A stretch of 64,000 bases of DNA, taken from the NCBI GenBank assembly GCA_051362555.1, contig CM120648.1, positions 13,388,587-13,452,586 of the forward strand, written 5' to 3'. The stretch's first letter is position 1. Every line of letters starts with the position of its first letter. Made by a program: the position numbers and the translations under genes. Origin of the DNA: Lingula anatina (taxonomy: Eukaryota > Animalia > Brachiopoda). The notes under the pieces are model-generated. The model was not told the origin of the DNA and searched no databases. It saw nothing but the letters and a program-made list of their open reading frames with translations. Positions 27,279 through 40,167 of this stretch are shown here, in pieces.

Positions 27279-28190
27279 CTGGTATCACGTCGTTTTCAGT
27301 GATGAGGCAAGATAATAATTGAATTCTTTTGAGTTGACGGTCGGGTCCGTGTCCGTCGACGTGTACTAGAGACATAAAACGATGATTGTGTACTGCCTAG
27401 GGTGCAAGCAGGGGGTGGTAACGTCTCTGTTTGGGGAGCATTTCATGCCGGTGCCCAGAACCAGTTGGTTTTTCTAGGAGGCAACCTCAACCAGGGTTCC
27501 TACAGAGACATTCTACAGCAAGCAATGCTTCAATTTGTAAGAGTCAACTTCAGGAACAACTTTGTGTACCAAGACGACTACGCAACGCCACATCAAGCTC
27601 GCATAATCACCGTTTTACTTCAATGGGTTCAGCAACTGCCCTGGCCTGGAAACTCCCCAGATATGAACCTACATGTAATTGAAAATCTGTGGGCGGAAGT
27701 AACTCACAGAATTAATAGCTATGGTCATCGGCCGGTAAATATTGAATTGTGACAGGCAAATATCACTGCGTGACATGATATCCCCATCCAAACTCTGAAA
27801 AACTTGTCACAGGGTATGCCATGTAGGATGAGGGCGCAGCAAGCGTCTGCTGGAGGTCATACCCGCTATTGATGACTTTTCATGATTTACTGTAATGAGT
27901 TCTTTGACTGTGTAGCATATCACTGTCCGGAGGCTATCATTTTCTTTAATATCTTAGCTTAAAGTTAATACTGACATCAAACTGTTGATATGGTTTTCTG
28001 GGGGTGTTCTTTTCTTTTGAATGACATCTTACGTCAGATTTGATATTATTGACCAACAAATCTCAAAATAGAACACTGGGTATTTTTATCAATCAATGAT
28101 ATACTTTTTTGATGAATGAAGCCAAGAAATTTTAAATTAGCACTCAAAAATAACAATGATAAAAATATTCCATATTTAGTAGTAACCCTG
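27279..28190 (+). mobile_element. Tc1 family A, 5'-truncated copy
   Basis: Homologous to about 25045-25947, including the right TIR (AGTAACCCTG-TA). Confidence 0.9.
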
Positions 28191-30143
28191 TATATATAAC
28201 GCGGTGGCGCCCCTTAGCATGTCCCACGCCCCTAGGATGTCGCGGTGCCCGCGCCTAGACTAGAAAGATTTATTATAAGGTCGTATTTAAATTAGACATT
28301 AAGGTAGATATGAATAGAACAGGTGGTGGGTAGAGAGGGGGACTTAGGCAGTGGGAATAAAGCTGTTTGGAAATCCACGACTCTTGTTGCTCACTTCTTC
28401 TCGATCTGTGAACCTAAAATCGAACCTTACAGAGGATATCACCAAGGAGTCTGTTATAACTCCTTGATATCACTAAGACAGATTTCAAGTAAGTTCGTTA
28501 AATAATTAATTTATTCCATAAACCAGCTGTAGGGAAGTAGCCCTGAGTCTACAGAAAGGCTGTCAAATGAAGTGGGTCGTACGTCATGGCCAGAAATGTG
28601 CAGCATTCACGCGATACGCAAGGGCGCAACAGTAGGGCTTCACGTGACTCAACAAACCAATCACAGCACAAGAATGGCATCGCACACAGACTCTGTGATA
28701 AGTGCTCAGCCCATTGTCAAGTAGAGTTAGTTCATGGTAACAAGCGTCTGATATGTGCAGAGAAGTTTATTATTATAATATATATTGTTCTTATTGTTAC
28801 ATTATTAAATCTAACTCTGTATCCAAGTAGTAACTATACTGTACCAAGTCAGGTGCTGATGATGTGCAGAGGTCATATATTCCAGTATAAGCCATTACCA
28901 CTGATTTATAACTATTATTTTTGTTTAATATGTTATTCGTGAAAGAGTTCATGAAAGATTATTTTAATTTGTTAAATCGTGATCTTATTCTTTTTATATT
29001 CAAATAATTGAATAATGTGGGTAAAATTGGTCTTCCACTTCTTATTTGCATTTTTCCTTTACTACAAGATTATTTTGGAACAGTTGCAGCATTAAATATT
29101 TAAATAAATAGCAATCTGAAAGAAGAATTTTGCATGATTATTAAATGATGATAGGAATTTTGGATTAAGAGATTAGTTAAATACTGAGTAGTGATATGGT
29201 CAGTCAATTTATGTAGAATCTGATAATATGATTGAAAATACTGATTGAATTCTTGGCCTTGCACTGGGCAGTTGTACATTTGTGGCAAGTGCTCTTTTTG
29301 GACTCCATTGTACAGTGGTAAAAAATCTTCAATTGCCATGAAAGTTTTTCATCAGACTCTGTATGGTGCTGCTATCTGCTGGTGCTATCGGCAACGAATT
29401 AATTTGCCTTTGTTTCTGAGTGAATTTACCGTCTAAAATCACTATTACTGAAAATATTTGCGCTTTGCTGAGGGTAGGCGAGGCAATATACGGCAAACTT
29501 CTTAGTACGTGTGTACAACAGAATTTTTTAAAAACCCTAGCGATTTTTGGTCAGGAGTTGCTTGAAGCATAGCACAGCGTTTCTGTCTATCGGCATCAGG
29601 CCGTTAGTTTGTCAATTCTCACGAATTATCCACGAACCGCGAACCCATTCATTTTCCTATGGAAATCTAGCAACTCATTAAAAATGCACGCATGCGCAGT
29701 GGGCTAGGCGTGTCGTCATGCAGTGCATTTCTGGGGATGTCAATTCGATTTCTATTGTGTATTTCAAGAGCATGTGAGCTACAGTGTATGATTAAAAATG
29801 ATAATTCGCATTGTCAAGACCATATAGGCACTTGATAAGAAAGTGACATACAGGATAAAAATAACAGGTGAATTATGCTAAAGAAAAACACGGAAAGGTG
29901 TTTTGCAAAGGGAATATAGTGATTGTTCAATCAATACTTGTAGTATTTATAGCGATGACGTAAATATATTAGGTATCACATTATATACGTGAAGTGACAG
30001 CCAGACAACAAAGCGGAGAGCTGATGTACTGGTAGGCTATCGTTGACTTAAAAATACACAAAAATATAATAAGAGAGTTTAAAGGGTTAAAAAATGTCAC
30101 AAAAGAGCTGATTGAATGTCAAGAAAAAGATGCGCAAAAGAAT

Positions 30144-30164
30144 ATTGCGCAACTGGGGATTTCC
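30144..30164 (+). promoter_or_regulatory. Adjacent C/EBP (ATTGCGCAAC) and NF-kB (GGGGATTTCC) motifs
   Basis: Both are consensus matches 1 bp apart, upstream of a candidate 5'UTR exon ending at G|GTGAGT (about 30300), with an acceptor at about 31203 before the DED exon. Confidence 0.45.
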
Positions 30165-30368
30165 ACTGTTCATTCATAGCGACGATTTAAAGGGGGATAT
30201 TTTATTGCGCAGTTTGTCTGAGATGACAACCAGACAGACATGAAAAGATCTCTTGCAAATGTCAGCGACATTTTAGAAATACCACCGTGAACAGTTCTGG
30301 TGAGTTCCTGAAAAAAAAGCGGGTCATCATATAGCTAAGTAATTGTAAACAGTTACTACATATGAAAA

Positions 30369-30592
30369 CAGGGGCGGATCCAGGATTATTTGAAGGGGGT
30401 GGTCCAGTTTTTTTGGAATAACAGGCCTCAGAGACGAAGTCGACCCTCGGTCCCCTTGGAGTGTTTGGGGGGGGGGGGCAAACGGTGCCATTTGGTACGG
30501 TTTAGAACTATGAATCAGTTAGTCTAAATTCCAACTTCAAGAGAAGAAAATTAGTGTGATCTTCTTTTCAGAATCACCCAAATCCGCCACTG
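30369..30592 (+). mobile_element. Short copy of the CAGGGGCGGATCCAG element
   Basis: Shares termini and internal blocks with 3849-5107. Confidence 0.75.
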
Positions 30593-31295
30593 TATGACGT
30601 GGTGTTTTGCTGGGAAAGCTACTGAATCAATTCAAGTTTGGTCGCTTTTACTGATAAACCTGCCCGGAACGTTTTAGTTAGATGACTTCAGCTGCTTTTA
30701 CTTTCATTTGTTTTACACTGAGGTTACTAGGATTACACTGATTTTGACTTCACCTGTGACGTTATAGAGCATGATGAGAGCCAAAGCGGTTCACACCTTG
30801 GCGGTTTGAGCTTTGAGTTGTCTTTGCCATTTGAAATGTCGACTTTAGTATCCCCCCCCCCCCCATGCATGAAAAAACAAGGGGCGACGTGACTTTTTGT
30901 TGTAAAGTGATTTGTTGACTTACGCTTACACTAATTACAATTAGTAATAAAAGGGAAATCAAATAGATGAAAAGTTGAATGATATTGAGAGTAAATTAAG
31001 TTTCATCAAGAGTCAACAAGTGTAGAACATGTTTTTAGTGTCAAAAAAAGATGGAAAAGGTTGAAGTCAGTAACAGTTTATGTGATTGGTTAGTTTCATA
31101 ATAGATTTTAATTTCGATCAACTGTTTATCACATGCTAACTGAGTTTTGGATATGACTCAAGTATGAGTAATGCGCGGTAAACTCCATTGTTTTTACACC
31201 TAGAGAGATACTAGAGTGGGACGCATTTCCTACTAGCAATGCTGTTGTCTAACACAGAGAAATCCATCGGTCGTTTTCGGCAAAGCTCGACTGTG

Positions 31296-31590
31296 ATGGA
31301 ATATTCAAAGCCTCAATTTCGGCACAATGAGCTGATAGTCGATTTGGACGACAGCATCACACCGTCTGTGTTAGGAAAGTTGAAACAACTGTCAAAAGGT
31401 GTTTATTTAAAGCCGAAAGAACTCGAGTTTTGCGACACCCGTGGCTTCCTTAATGCTCTAGAAGATAAATGTTATATAGGCGTTGGGCGCTATGATAATC
31501 TTAAGGAACTGTTGAAAAAAGCTGGGGTTGCAAGACTTGTCCAAGATGTTGAAAAAGCTGAGGATGACATAAAGGAAATGGAGAGGACAG
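31296..31590 (+). CDS. Death effector domain (DED)-like exon
   Basis: HNELIVDLDDSITPSVLGKLKQL...FLNALEDKCYIGVGRYDNLKELLKKAGVARLVQDV matches the DED helical pattern. Ends at donor AG|GTAAGT. Confidence 0.75.
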
Positions 31591-34500
31591 GTAAGTGTAA
31601 TGATATTGTCACTGCGTGCCTGTTCAGCGGCAGTTTCAGTTTTAATACACGAGTTCGATTTTTGTTACTATTTTATTTTTTGTTTCTTTGACAGTTTTAT
31701 TTTTTTTTTTTCATTTCTGAATATCGAATAAATTCCAACTGACTATAGGCACAGTCATATTTTATTCTTCCCCATGATCCTGTTCTATATCTCTTATCCC
31801 ATGCTTTGATTAACCAATATTGTCCTCTGAATGAAGTGTATTCTTGGATGGTTACTAATTTTTAAGAGAACGGCGGCTTGAAAACGCAGAACAACTTCAG
31901 TTGTAGTTCATGTAGATTTTTATTCTTCACTACAGGCTGGCACGCAGGCAGGGACAGTCGTGTCGATCTCCTGGGGACTCTCTCTTTCTACTTTAGAGGC
32001 CCAGTTTTTATAGGAAATCGTACTGATTCCTGCGTGCCGTAAACTATTAGTAACCGTAAATAACTGTATCCGATATAAACAGTCGATCAGTAACACTAGA
32101 TACAGGGACTCCAATATCTGGGACCGTTCAAATGAAAAATCTATCAGTGGTATCTTGTGATCACGGTCTGTGCCTTAAATACCCAGCGGCGTAATTACTG
32201 GCAGCGCGAGCGAGTTACTTCCAAAGCTGTAATTAATTCTCGGCTGCGACTCAATCATACAGGCATACAGGTAGGAAGTTATAAAGTAAATGGCTGTCGC
32301 AGTTGCTTTGAAAAATGTTTTTGTCGATTTTGTGCAACAACAAGCACTACCAATAGCCATATTACGCGCCTGTATGCTTGAGTCGTCACAACTAAACTGA
32401 TGAACTCCACAGCTTAGAGATACTACTGCGCATGCGTCAAGGTGTCAGAATCTCCTCCGAGCGCAGCCGTGAATTAAATACAGCTTTGGAAGTAACTGGC
32501 TCGCGCTGCCAGTAATTACGCCTTGGGGTATTCAGGGCACAGACCGTGATCACAAGATACCGGCAATAGATTTTTAGATTTTTAGAAAATAGATTTTTCA
32601 TGTGAACGGTCCCATTGTTATCGTTGCCCTGAATCTGGATATATTCTCCGGGTTGGAAGGTTACATAACGCTCGGACCTGGGACTGGCTTTAACGAAGTT
32701 ATCTCAGGTGTGGCGACTGTTTTTGGTGGAAGAGATCAAAAGAGCCAAATGGAAATGATGAGGTATCTGGTGCAAGGGCACGCTATAAATGCATAAACAA
32801 TGAATAAGGCTCATACAGAGTAACGCTTGATTTAGGATACGCTAATGGCTTTACAAATATACTTAAATTATTTATTTTGTTTCCATGGATAAGCTAAACG
32901 AATATTTCTCACGGCGTCTCAAAATGAAAAATGAATTCTCGAGTGTGAAAAAAGTGATCTGATGTGTGTTGTGTTTTGGTTTTTGCCTTAGAAATAGATG
33001 AGCTGTGTCTCCTTAGGGTTAGAGCAGTCAGGGGAAGGTCGGCAGCAAGTCTTTGAATGAATAATAACATTATATGTTCACACCAATAAATGGCAGAATA
33101 TACGCTTTTTCATTTCAACGAGTAAAAGGTTACATTATTTTTGTTAGGGGGCTAATGTGTTCAGGCTTGAAAAGTGTTTGACTCACAGTAAAAGGGGTGA
33201 ACATCTTAACGGGAAAAGATTTGTGGCAACTTATAAGCTCTTTTTATGATTTTTCTCAACTTTCCTGTACTCACAACCTCTGTTACATGAATTTTCTTAA
33301 CATATCCCACGTTCTACACGCTGCAGATATGCAATATTGATCTTCTTTTGTTACAAGTAGTTGCCAGGGCTGCAAAACGTATGAGAAACATAATCAACGC
33401 ACAATTCATTTTTACCATTAAAAGCATCATTATTTTCGTAATTTTTCTTTTTTTTTCCCCATGAAGTCTTTCACGATGATCCTGCCCATGTGAAAGCCTT
33501 CAAAGTGCATTACGATGATATCTGCGCAACACTCCGGAAAGGTTCAACATTTGCTGATGTTACAGAAATTCTTAAACGTCAAAAAATCCTAGGCAGACAG
33601 CATCAAATAGTGGGTCCTACTCCTCTGGCAGCGCGGGAACTGTTGAATATTGTCATGGATAAAAGAAACAAGGGTTTAAGAGCAATGAGAGTCTTGGCTT
33701 GTGCACTATGGGATGCAGGTCACCTGAAGTTGGCATGTGATATACTGACTACACAGTACTCATGGGAAAGAGGAGCAGGCCGTGATGTTCGGATCCCTAG
33801 CAGTAAGAGGCGAATACTAAGTGGATACTTACAGATAACCGAAAACCTCTCAGAACCAGACCTTGATCGTGTGCTTGACCATCTCGTCAGTCAAGGCAAG
33901 GTCAGTGAGGATGAAAGAGCCACCATACTTCAGCAGCCATCGAGAATGGAGAAAGTACAGGAGATGCTGGACACTGTACTCTCAGTGGACAGGGAGGGAG
34001 CTGGGTGGGCTCTTATGGATGTCTTGGTACATGCAGGGCAGCATGGCCTGGCAAGTGTGATGATGCGTAAGTTAACTAGGGTACTTCATTTTATTCAGTT
34101 GTATTTATAAGTTTATTGTACATGTATTACATGCGTGGGAGGGGGGTCTTTTCGAATTATTTTACTATAAAACTTCGGAAAACAGGATTTTGTACATAAC
34201 ATATTGTTACGTATTTAACTTATGACAAATTGTTTTAGATAATGGTTTATACAGCATAACCACCATAAGAGCTTAATCAGCTTCTAAATGTTATTACAGC
34301 TATTATTTAAGTTTCAAGTTAGGCATTTCATTCGACATTTATTTCCTAAGTGCATGGGCTTTTAAAAAGCATATTGACTGTATTAATTTTATTGAATAAA
34401 AGGTGACCAAGTAGTGACGCTAAATAACTTTTATGAAGACACACATTGAATGTTGGATGCATTTAAGATTTTTTCCAAAAATAACACATTCCTTTATTTC

Positions 34501-35339
34501 TAAAAAAATATGTTAAATGTTTTCATATTTTAGCTGGGACAATTAGTTGGATGGAACTGGAATTGCTTCTTGTTGGAAAGTACAAGACCAAAATATTGAG
34601 TAGCAGCTCCCTGAATAGAGACAATGACCTGGATGTGAGGAGAGGACAGCAACTGCCACGTATGACAGCTGGTGAGCGTGTAACATCCTGGAATGTGAGT
34701 GACTCCGGACATGGTGAACTTACAAAGACGGCAATCTGTGGCCAGTGGGCTTTCTCCAGTGATGAACCTGGACAGAGGGAATGGAGAGGCCACAAGGCAG
34801 TCATAGACGTGGAAACAGTGGAAGAGGTTTTAGGGTATAAGTGCATATATTTTGACTTTTTATGATGGGGCTTTAGATTGCCGAGTCAATGTGGCAGTAA
34901 TATATAAATTATATACTTATATTTGTGTATTTTTATAAAGGGCACAAAACACAATAAACAAAATTAAATCGGTTGAAGGTGTTAGTACCTAATGTTAGAA
35001 TTGTAAGGTTTGAAAGGATTTGACTCTTCGAAAAAAAGTTGAAGTTTTTTTTGTTTGCAGATGGTGAACTAGATATCTGTAATAGACTTTCTTTCTTCAA
35101 TTAGAGACCATGCTAGGAAGGGAAAGCAAACAGCACAGGAGACTTTGGCCAGCATACCAGATCTTCCAGAGAGCAGCTTATTCATACTCAATGCCATGAA
35201 ACGTCCTGATCTGAAAAAAAAGTGGAAGTGCTTGCTGTCTGGCGAATGTTTTCCAGGCGCTAAGGTTCTCCTTTTTGAGGGCAGTGATGGTAGGTTGACA
35301 CACGTCCCCTTATACAGACATACAGTTGTGTTCTCTCAT

Positions 35340-35374
<35 letters not shown>

Positions 35375-36959
35375 CTTAAGAGTTTTAATAATTTAATGAT
35401 GTCTGAAGTGATATATGATATTTCAATGTTTAATTTCATTGAGGCGATGTTGAATATACTTGCAGTATTTTCGGAGCCTAAGAGTTGTCTCCTTTTCTGT
35501 GTGAACATGAACTGTAACTTTAATTTTGTTTTAAAAAAGGGAGAGGTATGTCTTGTATCCAATTGCAACTGTGTGACCCATTATTTTCAAACGTACCACA
35601 TCTCCCTCTCTGCAAAATATTGAGGGGTATTTTACTTTCAGGGAAGGCTGTACCACTGGGTGCAGTAAAAAGAAATGTTAAACAAGGTTGTAATTTAGGC
35701 AAGTGTGCGGAAAATTATTGCATTGAAACATGATATCCCAGTACTTAAACACACATCAATGTTGCTTTTACAACATATTTTATAAGGTTTTTTATTCGTG
35801 AAAGCTGAGAATGAAAATTAAAATGAGAATTGTGAAGTAAATAGACATGCATTTTGTGTATTTGACCAGAATATAAGGCTTTTTAATATGAATGCCTAGT
35901 CTAGTTGTTACTGAATTACTTTAGAAATTATAATAAATAAGATTTTTTTATTTTCTGACAGCGGAATTGCAGTGGTCTCATCTGGGAAAGATTCTGAGTG
36001 ACTGTTACAGAGACAAACTGCGCAATATCAGCATCAGCGATGGACTCACAGATTTGGTGTCAAGAAAACGACGTATGTCTACCAGATCACAGGCAACAAC
36101 TCTGCCACGCATGCGCCTTGACGAACGTGTGTTCTCCTGGGAGGCAATGGATTCCGAACATGGTGAACTGTTGAAGACCGTGATCTGTTGGCAGTGGGCT
36201 AACTCCAGCAATGAACCTGGACAGAGGGAATGGGGAGGACACAAGGCAGTCATCGACTTGGAAATATTGGATGATATTTCAGGGTAAAGGTTCAAACGTT
36301 TTATATAGGTAACTTAAATATAATGGGCTTTGTTAATATTTCCTTATTTATTAGGTGTCAATGCGGTAAAAATGTGTATTATTATTTGCAACTCAAGTAA
36401 TTGGATTTTGCAGTAAGTTAACCCAATAACACAACACTTTATTGCATTGAATAAAAGTAAATGAAATTAAATAGCGATTACTTCAAGTGCAAATATGAAT
36501 AAAACATTTTTAGCATATTGAATTTTGAAATATCTTTTCTTTTTACCTATCTAGCTGTATGGATATGTGCAATGAAAATCAATAAACATATGGAATTTAG
36601 TCAACAAAACTTGTCTTACCTGTACATTATTTTGATATTCGTATGTAATTCAATATGTTATCATGTGAGTGCATAATATCGGATTGATTCATAAAGATAA
36701 TGAGTAACAAGAAATGAAGATTTGATATAAAGCTTATTTTCCCTTTCCAGGGAGTCAAAGGAGACGGTACTTAAAGTCTTGGATGTCATACCAGATGAAA
36801 CGTTATTCATCCTCAACACGATGACACACCCGGATCTGAAAACCAAATGGAGTCTACTGCTGTCAGGCAAACTTCTTCCTGACGCTAAGGTTCTACTTAT
36901 TGAGGAACGTGATGGTAGGTGGACACATATGCTTTTATTAAAGGCGTGCAGTAGACTGA

Positions 36960-36996
<37 letters not shown>

Positions 36997-37740
36997 GATT
37001 CATGATTAATTTAATAAATATTGCCTTCATAATTCGACTTAGACATATTTTGGTGAGGCATTCAAAATGTAGTGTTTGGAATATTTTTAAATATGTTAAA
37101 ACAATATTTTTGAACTTTGTTTTTTCTTTTGGTTTTATGTCTTCTTCGTTTATTTCATTTTTGTAAAGGAGAACGGGTGTATCCACCTATTTTCTATATC
37201 AATTACACCAAAATAATTTAGCATCGAAAATGAAATATATGGTACGGTGCATTTTACTTCCAGGCGAAGGAATGTCGCGTGATAGAGTGAAGAGAAAACA
37301 GGATTCCACAGAAACTAGTGGGGGTAAGTGTGCAAAACCATCGACTTGGGGGAATATTGAGTATATTCAAGTGACAAAAGTAGATTGATTAATATAGCTC
37401 AGTGCAGCAAACTGCATTAAAAAAAAGATTCTGAATGAAGATAAAGTATTGAATTTTATTCCATTTATCCATAATGAAACAAAAAATTTGTCAGATCTGA
37501 TTCTTTCAACAAAAGGAGTCTAACATGCTTTCTTTATCTAATCCAGTTTTACAGATATATTTCAATGTCAAACGACGTTACATTACTTCTTCTAAGTGCT
37601 TTTATTGAAAGTGAGTTTCTAGAGAAAACGTCTGTTTTTCATGCATGGGACAAGATTAAATAAGAATACATTTCTCTTTGTAACTTTCAGAACCAACAGG
37701 AGACCGCAGTGCAAAGAAGCAACGGAGCACCATTTTATAG
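31296..37740 (+). CDS. DED-CARD-CARD protein with two tandem degenerate NACHT-like modules (NLR-derived), about 677 aa
   Basis: Exons: 31296-31590 (DED-like), 33467-34066 (two CARD-like folds), 34534-34834 + 35105-35289 (module 1), 35642-35698, 35962-36283 + 36751-36914 (module 2), 37264-37323 and 37691-37740 (stop). Phases are consistent and total 2034 nt. An alternative in-frame ATG lies at 31239. Confidence 0.7.
32120..32613. mobile_element. Harbinger-like MITE with long TIRs in the DED-CARD gene intron
   Basis: GGGACCGTTCA...TGAACGGTCCC with inverted arms of about 130 bp. Confidence 0.8.
33467..34066 (+). CDS. Tandem CARD-like exon
   Basis: The second half (LQITENLSEPDLDRVLDHLVSQGKVSEDERATILQQPSRMEKVQEMLDTVL...LMDVLVHAGQHGLA) is CARD-like. 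The first half is a more divergent CARD-like fold ending ALWDAGHLKLA. Confidence 0.75.
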
Positions 37741-38017
37741 ACGAAGACACAGGTATTTGAGCACGCTTGTTAAAAAAGAACTAACAAGATTTGCTCGAGA
37801 GTAAAAGAATAAACAATATCGCTATCTAGAACATTCATGCAATTTTTATTAGGGAAATTAGCAGAGGTTGTGTCAGTTACATACGCGTATAAATTTTTTA
37901 GTTTTTTGTTCTTGTGATTTTTCAGAGGGAAGTGGAAGTGATGCACCATTTTATAGAGAATTAAAAGTATTTTACCATCTTGGGTCAAGAAAAGGAATAT
38001 GAGGAAAAAAGATATGG

Positions 38018-38060
<43 letters not shown>

Positions 38061-38786
38061 TTAAGATCTCGAATAAGAACTACCAGCAATGTCCCATCGA
38101 GGCCAAAAATCGGTCGCGTGCGGACGGCACGTACATGTACAATAATTGGCTGCGTGCTTGTAAAAAGTCTGTAACGTTTTTTTTTTTTTTTTTACAGCAA
38201 GACCAGGCGCAGCTTATTTTGATTAATTTTCTGGTGCAGTTCATAAGCATGCTTTTGCTTTTTTTCGGTAGTTTATTCAACCTAATCATACCGGCATGTT
38301 TTGCATCAGATTCCTAACAAACGTTATATTAATCTCGTTTAGACGTTAGAAAGTGCCAAGTGGGTGTTTTCCGTATGACTTGTTGTCGATACAACATATA
38401 TGCACGTGTACCATATATATGAACGTGTACCACTAAATAGATTTTCAAATATTATTATCGTCAAAACATACTATGTCACTTTTTTCTGAAAAAAAAGAAA
38501 AGAAACAGCGATAAATATTTTAACCCCTTTCCGGCATGTACATGTACCTCAATATGCACAAGCACGGAAAAAGAACATGTTTAGAGCGACCCTTACCAAA
38601 CTTCACTTTTTCTTAACTGCAGCATGAGGAGTATAGAGCACATTATTCATCATCAGATTTTATGGAGAAAAGGTGTAATTCCCACTTACTGGTAAGTCTA
38701 GATAAGATTTACCCGTGTGCTATTGCTAGGATTCAACCGGTGTATTGACACATGTATATCAGAATATTTCCGTTTTCAGTTTCCCC

Positions 38787-38822
<36 letters not shown>

Positions 38823-40167
38823 GTATAATGAGGTATCCAAATAAATTTATCAATTATTCTTAACATGTGTGATAATGAAAATGCTAGGCCGTTATATCTT
38901 AATTAATAGGAAAGGCGAAGGATACTGAATATTTGACATTTCCTTACTTGAGGGAAATCTGTTACAAACGTTTTTTGACAAATGTTTATGTTGACTATAC
39001 ATGTATATTTAAACTTAGTAAGATTATTAAATTGCAGTTTCATGAAGGTTGCTTGTGACGTCATGAGCATCCTGTTCAATCGACAAAAAGACCCCAGTTG
39101 TCATAAAGGAACACAATCCCACGGGAAATATTGGGTTTGAATTATTGAAACTTTTTATAGCTCAGACATCGACAACTCATTTGTCTATCATGGAACATGT
39201 ATTTTATGTATATATATTCTAACATCAGCTCAAATGAAATACATCTAATACATTTAAAAAGGGTGAAATAACTAGCTTAAGAACAGTATTTCCTCCACTG
39301 TCCCGCTATATAGTGACGCATGCGCAACCTTATTATACAGCTTTATTAGTTACATGTACGATTGCATGTGTCCTTCATAGCGGGATTTAAGATGAAATGA
39401 CATGTATATCTATATATATAAAGTAGATTTCTGTAAAAAGGAAAAGAAAAAAGAATGCGTTTGACTGTTGGCATTTATACCTGTGCATGAGTAGCTGTTT
39501 CTAATGAATGGAGCTTTGAAAAATAGAAAAAAACTTCGTTCATTCTTTTGGCAGGAAGTTTGAAGACAATAAAATCTGCTAAAAATGCAGAATAAATTTG
39601 CATTTGAACCTGCTTTGATTGCGCTTAGGGGGCTTTTGGCTTTGTTCGAAATCCATCTCAAGTTTTTCCATTCATTTTGAGAACTGTATCAAAATGAATT
39701 TGCAATGTGATTGTAAAATTCTTTCGACAAAATTCATCACATTCTCTTGGCATTGTTCGTACAATGACAATATCAATGAGAGCAAAAACTTCAACTTAAA
39801 GGGAAACAATGAGCGTTAGACCTTAATATAGAAAAATGCGAAGTTCATTCGTGCATTTTCTCCTTAATCATCATTAAGGTACATCCTATTCAAAACAAGG
39901 ACACTGGAACCCAGAAACCTTTTGTTTTAAGTATTTAAAGAAAAGGTTTTGTTTAAAAATTAAACTCCTTTTTTCAATACTTTTTGGATGAGGCATTAAG
40001 GAGAAATTGTTTGTAGTAACATAAAAAATAGCTTGCTGGCACGGGCTATCCCGTAGACTTTTATTTCTATAGAATACGATCAATGACCTTAAAAAGTTGT
40101 GATAGGACTAATATTGAACACACGTCTTTATTTTCTATTTATTTTATTTATTTATTTGTATTTTTAG

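Noticed and set aside
32602-32796. 64-aa ORF as an extra exon of the DED-CARD gene
   Set aside because: It begins within a MITE TIR, has no clear acceptor, and the flanking exons already join in frame.
34534-36914. Functional NACHT ATPase / canonical NLR
   Set aside because: The Walker A lysine motif and Walker B acidic residues are absent, and no helical, WHD or LRR exons were found.
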